This document shows, piece after piece, positions 56,420-64,000 of a DNA stretch of 64,000 nucleotides (position 1 is the first letter of the stretch; the number at the start of each line of letters is the position of its first letter). Position numbers and translations under genes: made by a program. The notes beneath the pieces were generated by a model, which did no database searches, had not been told where the DNA came from, and saw only the letters and a program-made list of their open reading frames with translations. The stretch is from Eledone cirrhosa (Eukaryota): positions 18,290,001 through 18,354,000 of the forward strand of contig OZ024759.1 in the NCBI GenBank assembly GCA_964016885.1, given 5' to 3'.

Positions 56420-59170
56420 ATAATAATAATAATAATAATTGTTTCTATTTTTGGCACAAGGTCAGCAATTATCCCAGTGTATTACTGGTACTTTATTTCA
56501 TCAACCCCGTAAGGGTGAAGGCCAAAATTAACCTTGGTGGGATTTGAACTCAGAACATAAAGGGCTATAACTCTATGCTGCAAAGCATGGTGTCTGAATA
56601 ATAATAATTGTTTCTACTTTAGGCACAAGGCCAGCAATTACCCAGTACATTACTGGTACTTTATTTTTATCGACCCCGTAAGGATGAAAGGCAAAGTTAA
56701 CCTCGGCGGGATTTGAACTCAGATCGTAAAGAGACGTAACTATGCTGGAAAGCATGGCGTCCGACCCTCTACCGATACTTGCCAATAATGGTTTCAGATT
56801 TTAGGCACAAGGCCAAGAATTTTGAGGGAAGGGAAAGTCGATAAAACCAACCCCAGTGCATTACTGGTACTTTATTTTATCGATCTTGTAAGGATGAAAG
56901 GCAAAGCTAACCTCGGCAGGATTTGATCTCAGAACGTAAAGGGCCTTAACTCCATGTCGCATAGCATGGTGTCCAATGTTCTATTGATACTACCAATCCA
57001 CCAACCTTGATGATTTCAACTTTAGGCACAAAGCCAGCAATTTGTAGGGAGAAGAAAGTCATTTTATATCAACCCTCTACTCATACTGCCAATCCATTGC
57101 CAACATAATAATTATAATTTCATTTTATTGGCCTAAGCCTTGAGGACATTATTAAAGTGAAATATTTAGGAAATTAACACATGACACAGTGGAAGGTTTA
57201 CATTGAGTTAAACAGGCTGTGGGAGTAACAGTAACAATAATGATACATAAATAATAATGCTTTCTTTATTAACCAGAAGGGTTGACATAAAGTATAACAT
57301 TAAGAGCAACACAGTACAGGACGTTACAAATGGGCATTTCTGCATGTAAAAAAAAAAAAAAAAAAATTATATGTATAAAAAAGAAGGAAAAATTCCCCAA
57401 TGGGGCCATAACTCTATGCTGCAAAGCATGGTGCCTGATGCTGTACTGATACTGCCAATGATTTCTAGTATAGGCACAAGGCCAGTAATTTGGGGGGAGG
57501 GTAAAGTCGATTAAATCGACCCCAGTACATTACTGGTACTTTATTTTATCGACCCCCGTAAGGATAAAAGGCAAAGTTAACCTCGGCATGATTTGAACTC
57601 AGACTATAAAGGGCCGTAACTCTATGCTGCACAGCATGGCGTCTGACTCTCTACCGACACTGCCAATCGACTGCCAACATAATAATTATTATAATCATAT
57701 AATTTCATTTTATTGGCCTAAGCCTTGGGGACATTATAAAAGCGAAATATTTAGGAATTAACACATGACACAGTGGGAGGTTCACATTGAGTAAAAACAG
57801 GCTGTGGGAGTAACAGTAACAATAGCAATGCATAATAGTAATAATAGTAATAGTTTGTAAAGTTGGTTGAAGAGGTATATTGAGGTAAATTTCCTGATTC
57901 TAGAGAAATCTTGTTTGTTTATCACAGCAAGAACCCTGCATGTGTTAGATATACCTAAGGCTGTGATAGACAGCTTGATATCTACTGACAGAGGAACAAT
58001 GAAATTCTAACTGAAGAAAAGAAAATAATTGTTTCTACTTTAGGCACCAGGCCAGCAATTACCCAGTGCATTACTGGTACTTTATTTTATCGACCCCGTA
58101 AGGATGAAAGGCAAAGTCAACCTCGGCGGGATTTGAACTCAGATCGTAAAGGGACGTAACTATGCTGGAAAGCATGGCGCCCGACCCTCTACCGATACTG
58201 CCAAAGAAAATAATAGGTTGTAGAGGTGCCACGGCAAAAAAGCAGCCAGCACTCACTGTAAATGAGGTTGGTGTTAGGAAGGGCATCCAGAGTGGGGAGA
58301 CCCAAGAAGACCTGGGATGAGGTGATAAAAGCCGACCTTACCCAATTACACCTCTCAAAGGTGATGACACACGACCGTGACCTCTGGCGTCACGCAGTAA
58401 TACAGAGTACTTGACCTCCCATGAGTACAAGCTGAAGTATATAGACAATATGCCCCACACCCTCCCACTGCAAGGTGGTCGTGGAGGTGCCACGGCAAAA
58501 AAGCACCCAGCCCACACTGTAAAGTGGATGTGTAGGCGCCACGAAAAAGCACCCAGCACTCACTGTAAATGAGGTTGGTGTTAGGAAGGGCATCCAGCTG
58601 TAGAAATCAAGCCAGATCAGTTCCTGTATGAGCAAGACAAGGTCAGCCGACCAGACACTGCCCACAACAGGACAACCCGTCTAACCCATGCTAGCGTGTA
58701 AGAACGGACGTAAAACGGTGATTATGATGATGATGATGATGATGATTTAGGCACAAGGCCAGCAATTTTGGGGGAAGGGAAAGTCGATTAAATCGACCCC
58801 AGTGCATTACTGGTGCTTTATTTTATCGACCCACGTATGGATGAAAGGGAAACCTTAATCTTGGAAGGATTTGAACTCAGAACGTAAAAGGACGTAACTC
58901 TATGCTGTGAAGCAGGGTGTCCGACGCTCTTCCGATTCTGCCAATCCACCAGACTTAATAATGATTTCTAGTATAGGCACAAGGCCAGTAATTTGGGAGA
59001 AGGGGAAAGTAGATTAAATCAACCCAGTACGTTACTGGTACTTTATTTTATCGACCCCCTTAAGGATGAAAGGCAAAGTTAACCTTGGCAGGATTTGAGC
59101 TCAGGTCGTAAAGGGCCGTAACTCTATGTCGCGAACTGTCCGACGCTCTTCCGATGCTGCCAATCCACAC
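56420..59170 (-). mobile_element. Cluster of at least 7 same-orientation Nin-type SINEs with nested retroelement fragments
   Basis: Repeated ggcacaaggccagc...ctggtactttattttatcgacccc...ggatttgaactcag blocks. Confidence 0.85.
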
Positions 59171-60053
59171 CCTTGCCATAATAATAACAATAATATGTGT
59201 AATAATTTTCAGTTATATTTAATTTGGTGATAAATATTATTGCAGTTGTTAATATTTTTTTTGTTTGTTTGTTTGTTTGTTTGTTTGTTTGTTTTCTTTT
59301 CTTTTTTTTTCTTTTCTTTTTTTTGTTGTTGTTGTTGTTGTTGTTGTTTTACTTTTGATTGCCAGAGCCAATAAAAAATGTCTTTTTTATTGAGGTAGAA
59401 ATTATTTATTTTTGCAGATTATTTAATTAAAGAATTTAATTATCAACAAGAAATGATTCTTCTTCTTCTTCTTCTTCTTCTTCTTCTTCTTCTTCTTCTT
59501 CTTCTTCTTCTTCTTTTTTTTCTTCTTCTTCTTCTTCTTCTTCTTTTTCTTTTTCTTTTTCTTCTTCTTCTTCTTCTTCTTCTTCACCCCTCATCATCAT
59601 CCATCATTTGGTTCTTTGATCTGAAATGATATAATATATTGCCTGTCTCCATTCTGTCCACCTAGATAGGTGGACAGTAGCCCCAACTGAAGACCTGGCC
59701 TACCCCTGCCAGCAAGAAATCAGGGGAGGGGCTAAGACAGTAAAAAAAGCGATGTAAATTGATGATGATGATGATGATAATCATTTTTTATATGTTCTCT
59801 CTCTTTCCTTTCCTTCCTTTCTTTCTTTCTTTCTTTCTTTCCTCCTTCCTTCCTTCTTTCCTTTCCTTCTTAAGACAGTTAAAACACTCCTCCCCCACCA
59901 CCCCGCCACCCCAGATAAACAAAATTAGATGAAAGTATCATGTCCTTTGTTCATTGTCATTGCTATCATCATTTTGTCATAATCACCATCATCATCATCA
60001 TCATCATCATAATCATCATCATAATAATAATTACCAACATCAGCAGCAGCAGT

Positions 60054-60084
<31 letters not shown>

Positions 60085-60227
60085 TCATCTCTAATGTCAT
60101 CATTATCATCAGGGTGTATCAGAATTTGCTGTTACTCTAACCAAACTCTTCCAACATCCTTTCTCTCTCCCTCTCTCTCTCTCTATTCTCCTGCTCTCTC
60201 CCTCTGTCTTGCTCTCTCTTTCTCTAG

Positions 60228-60310
<83 letters not shown>

Positions 60311-60358
60311 CAAATAACGAAACGAAATTAAATTTCGTTTCGTTTGTAACTCACTTTT

Positions 60359-60450
60359 GTATGACTGACGCTTTCACTGGTTACTTTACTGTGAGTAACC
60401 CAGCTATTCTGTATGTAAACACACAGACAAACCGGTTTTTAGAGTCATAC
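60359..60450 (-). ncRNA. Decayed type I hammerhead motif
   Basis: Minus strand GTATGACT-CTAAAAA-ccggtt...aaccagt-GAAA-gc-GTC-AGTCATAC; perfect 8-bp stem I, mutated core. Confidence 0.45.
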
Positions 60451-60494
60451 TGGTTTTCGAGGAAACACCTTTCCTCTATTCTCCAGAAAGCCAG

Positions 60495-60541
<47 letters not shown>

Positions 60542-60804
60542 CCCTCTCTCTCATTTTCTCTCTTCATGTCTATGAGAAAAGCAGACATCAAATGATAATG
60601 CTGAGAATTTCTTAATGTCCTATACCACACAAAACCACATAAGCGAAACATTCTTGAAAACCACAAAATCGCAACCATGATTGCATTTCATCAAAAGTTA
60701 AATTTTCACAATGATCTGTCCACTTATAGAGATACTACAAACATTTGAGCGAACAAACTGGTTTTTAGATATTTTCTGCTAAATAATTACATGCATATGC
60801 ATGG

Positions 60805-61090
60805 TCCTGTAGCTCCTGAGCTCCCAGGGCTTTTGGAAATATTTCTTCATGCTCAGCGTTGCTGAAGCATGGAACCAACTTACTGCATCCTCCAAAACCT
60901 CCATGCTTAACGAAATTCGCCAACACTACACCTGATATTCCGCCTCTGTACACACGCATGCATGTATCTGTGTGTATATCATGACTCATACACTGTTCAC
61001 TTTCCTGACATTTGTACATTATTCTATGTACTATACATGCACCTTTGATGAGTTGTAGTGCACCTGAGCACTGTACACAATAATTTCATT
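60805..61090 (+). mobile_element. CR1 LINE 3' end
   Basis: Matches 17775-18055 (gttgctgaagcatggaac...ctgagcactgtacacaa). Confidence 0.8.
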
Positions 61091-61615
61091 TCGGCCAGGA
61101 AGGGCAGGCAATATTCCTCTCTCTGATAGCAGTTGTGAAAGAAGTTGTATGGTGGACCAGGTTGAAAGGACTGAAGACAGACACTTTTCTCTTCGGCCAA
61201 TCCCTCATCAACTTCTTCAAGTTTCACCTGGAAAAGAAGGTAAGGGTGGAGAGAGAAGTGCTGCCACCCAGTACATTTGCTAAAAGTTGGATGAATGTGG
61301 AAAGAATGGCCCATGTAAGTGGGCCTACTCTGACCATGCGCCTGTAGGCTGGTAAATTTGAGGAGGAGAGGGTTGCCCTCCCTGGGTGGCCTAGAAGCAT
61401 CGGGTGGGGGGGGGGGGGCTACCTGAGTTGCCCCTATTGGGGAATTTATTTTGCTATATTTATGCATAGTTTATTTTATATTTTCATTATTAAATTGGTT
61501 TTGCTATTGTGCACTTTTACTCGAGCTCATTGTAAACCCCCACAGTCCCTGTCTTTGTATTGTCCCCTACATGTCCCCTTATGGCCAATAAATGAAATCA
61601 TTATTATTATTATTA
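61090..61615 (+). mobile_element. Tx1/L1-like LINE 3' end
   Basis: KEVVWWTRLKG...FFKFHLEKKVRVEREVL...FAKSW; 3' UTR with AATAAA. Confidence 0.6.
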
Positions 61616-61624
61616 TTAGAGTGG

Positions 61625-61810
61625 GGAATTGGCAGTATTGGTAGAGGGTCAGACGCCATGCTTTCCAGCATAGTTACGTCCCTTTACGTTCTGAGTTCAA
61701 ATCCCATCGAGGTTAACTTTGCCTTTCATCCTTACGGGGTCGATAAAATAAAGCACCAGTAATGTACTGGGTAATTGCTGGCCTTGTGCCAAAAGTAGAA
61801 ACAATTATTA
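61625..61810 (+). mobile_element. Nin-type tRNA SINE ~120 bp upstream of the exon
   Basis: A and B boxes plus gcctttcatccttacggggtcgataaaataaag. Confidence 0.85.
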
Positions 61811-61930
61811 TTAATATCAGGCTAAAATACACTGGGTAAAACATTACTTTGTTTTATTTGTCATCATTTTCCCTTAGTAGTTTCCTACTGGCTTTTACTG
61901 CAAATTTACTTGTGTTTTCATCTGCTCTAG

Positions 61931-62164
61931 GTATTACCTTCGTTTCAAAGATGACTACAGGCAAGCAGCCATTGATGTGTTATTAGGTCAACCAATCGCT
62001 GAAGAGATATTATTAAGTGCTGGCTTGCAGGAAGAAGACATTGAAGGGGAACTTTTGGAAAAGGAAGAAAATGTACGCACACTTATTGATGATTTAAAGA
62101 AGATGTTGATTGTAGAACCAGAGCAGTGTCTTGGAGGGTGGAGTTTAGTTAATGCTGATCCTGT
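61931..62164 (+). CDS. INPP5F: Internal exon (234 nt) of SAC2/INPP5F-like gene, entering the hSac2 domain
   Basis: Pyrimidine-rich ctctAG acceptor and GTAAGT donor at 62165; continues the frame as (R)YYLRFKDDYRQAAIDVLLGQPIAEE...LKKMLIVEPEQCLGGWSLVNADP, resembling Sac2 RYYLNRFKDAYRQAVIDL and GGWALID motifs as I recall them. Confidence 0.9.
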
Positions 62165-62191
62165 GTAAGTATATAAGTTTTAGAACATTTT

Positions 62192-63319
62192 CTTCTATCC
62201 AACGTACATTTTATATGGCTGTGTTGTTCTCACATCACATGAAATGGTTTTGCATATGTGGACATATGGCAATAGGAAGACCACCCTTCTATCCAACGTA
62301 CATTTTATATGGCTGTGTTGTTCTCACATCACATGAAATGGTTTTGCATATGTGGACATATGGCAATAGGAAGACCACCCTTCTATCCAACATACATTTT
62401 ATATGGCTGTGTTGTTCTCACATCACATGAAATGGTTTTGCATATTTGGACATATGGCAATAGGAAGACCACCCTTCTATCCAACATACATTTTATATGG
62501 CTGTGTTGTTCTCACATCACATGAAATGGTTTTGCATATTTGGACATATGGCAATAGGAAGACCACCCTTCTATCCAACATACATTTTATATGGCTGTGT
62601 TGTTCTCACATCACATGAAATGGTTTTGTATATGTGGACATATGGCAATAGGAAGACCACCCTTCTATCCAACATACATTTTATATGGCTGTGTTGTTCT
62701 CACATCACATGAAATGGTTTTGCATATGTGGACATATGGCAATAGGAAGACCACCCTTCTATCCAACATACATTTTATATGGCTGTGTTGTTCTCACATC
62801 ACATGAAATGGTTTTGCATATGTGGACATATGGCAATAGGAAGACCACCCTTCTATCCAACATACATTTTATATGGCTGTGTTGTTCTCACATCACATGA
62901 AATGGTTTTGCATATTTGGACATATGGCAATAGGAAGACCACCCTTCTATCCAACATACATTTTATATGGCTGTGTTGTTCTCACATCACATGAAATGGT
63001 TTTGCATATGTGGACATATGGCAATAGGAAGACCACCCTTCTATCCAACATACATTTTATATTGCTGTGTTGTTCTCACATCACATGAAATGGTTTTGCA
63101 TATTTGGACATATGGCAATAGGAAGACCACCCTTCTATCCAACATACATTTTATATGGCTGTGTTGTTCTCACATCACATGAAATGGTTTTGCATATTTG
63201 GACATATGGAAATAGGAAGACCACCCTTCTATCCAACATACATTTTATATTGCTGTGTTGTTCTCACATCACATGAAATGCTTTTGCATATTTGGACATA
63301 TGGCAATAGGAAGACCACC
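62192..63319. repeat. 94-bp tandem repeat, 12 near-identical copies
   Basis: cttctatccaac...gaagaccacc unit; ORF-track starts recur every 94 nt. Confidence 0.95.
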
Positions 63320-63584
63320 AAGCTGTAGAAAACTTGCATAATTCTTTCCTTTCAATTGAATGCAATGCAGAGTCATGACAGTTGGTATTGTGTACTAAAT
63401 ACTTGTCTTTTCACAACACAAACATAAAGAGGTAACAAATTTTTTCTGTGGAAGCTCACAGTTGTTAAAATGGGTGCATTGCCTAAAAAGTATATTTTCA
63501 TGCCTAACCTTTGCCATCATCATTGTGGCTCTTTCAAGTGGTATTAAAAACTATTCCTAACATTTAAATCAGTCACACACACAC

Positions 63585-64000
63585 TCATGTACACCAGGTC
63601 AAAACACAGAGGAACCAAACTCCCACTGTTATCGCCGCTGTCTCTCTTGCCCTCCCATCTCATGTAAACCAGGTCCGAACACAGAGGAACCAAACTGCCA
63701 CTGTCATCGCCTCCATCTCTCTTGCCCTCCCCAACTCTCATTTACACCTGGTCCGAACACAGAGGAACCGAACTCCCACTATCATCGCTGCCGTCTCTCC
63801 TGCCCTCCCCGTCTTTCATGCATATCAGGTCCGAACACAGAGGAACCAGACTGCCACTGTCATCGCCTCCATCTCTCTTGCCCTCCCCACCTCTCATTTA
63901 CACCTGGTCCGAACACAGAGGAACCGAACTCCCACTATCATCGCTGCCGTCTCTCCTGCCCTCCCCGTCTTTCATGTATATCAGGTCCGAACACAGAGGA
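63585..64000. repeat. 78-bp tandem repeat with A/B alternation, running off the window end
   Basis: ggtccgaacacagagga at 63672, 63750, 63828, 63906 and 63984. Confidence 0.9.

Noticed and set aside
61977-62168. Standalone 63-aa ORF from the track
   Set aside because: It is part of the internal exon 61931-62164, not an independent gene
62192-63319. CRISPR-like regular array and repeated 71-aa ORFs
   Set aside because: Whole units are near-identical with no unique spacers; no cas genes; eukaryotic context; 94 is not a multiple of 3

Overview
AT-rich, microsatellite-dense eukaryotic DNA, most likely a coleoid cephalopod such as Octopus (inferred from the repeat landscape; not proven). The only host-gene coding sequence I can support is two + strand exons of a Sac-domain phosphoinositide phosphatase (SAC2/INPP5F-like), at 9818-9888 and 61931-62164. 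They splice in frame across a ~52 kb intron. The rest is repeats: (TA)n/(CA)n/(GGT)n microsatellites, minisatellites, two tRNA-derived SINE families, RTE, CR1 and Tx1/L1 LINE fragments, a Tc1 fragment with DD36E spacing, and mariner- and piggyBac-type MITEs. All very long ORFs in the track are low-complexity artefacts. The most interesting signal is a set of short fold-back elements inserted in (TA)n tracts. Many carry hammerhead ribozyme (HHR) motifs (CTGANGA ... stem II ... GAAA, palindromic stem III, NUH), as expected for Penelope-like retroelements and their non-autonomous derivatives. I count about 10 intact-to-decayed motifs. One (254-326) has its three strands in a non-circularly permuted, pseudoknot-requiring order. 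All structure calls were made by eye and repeat boundaries are approximate.
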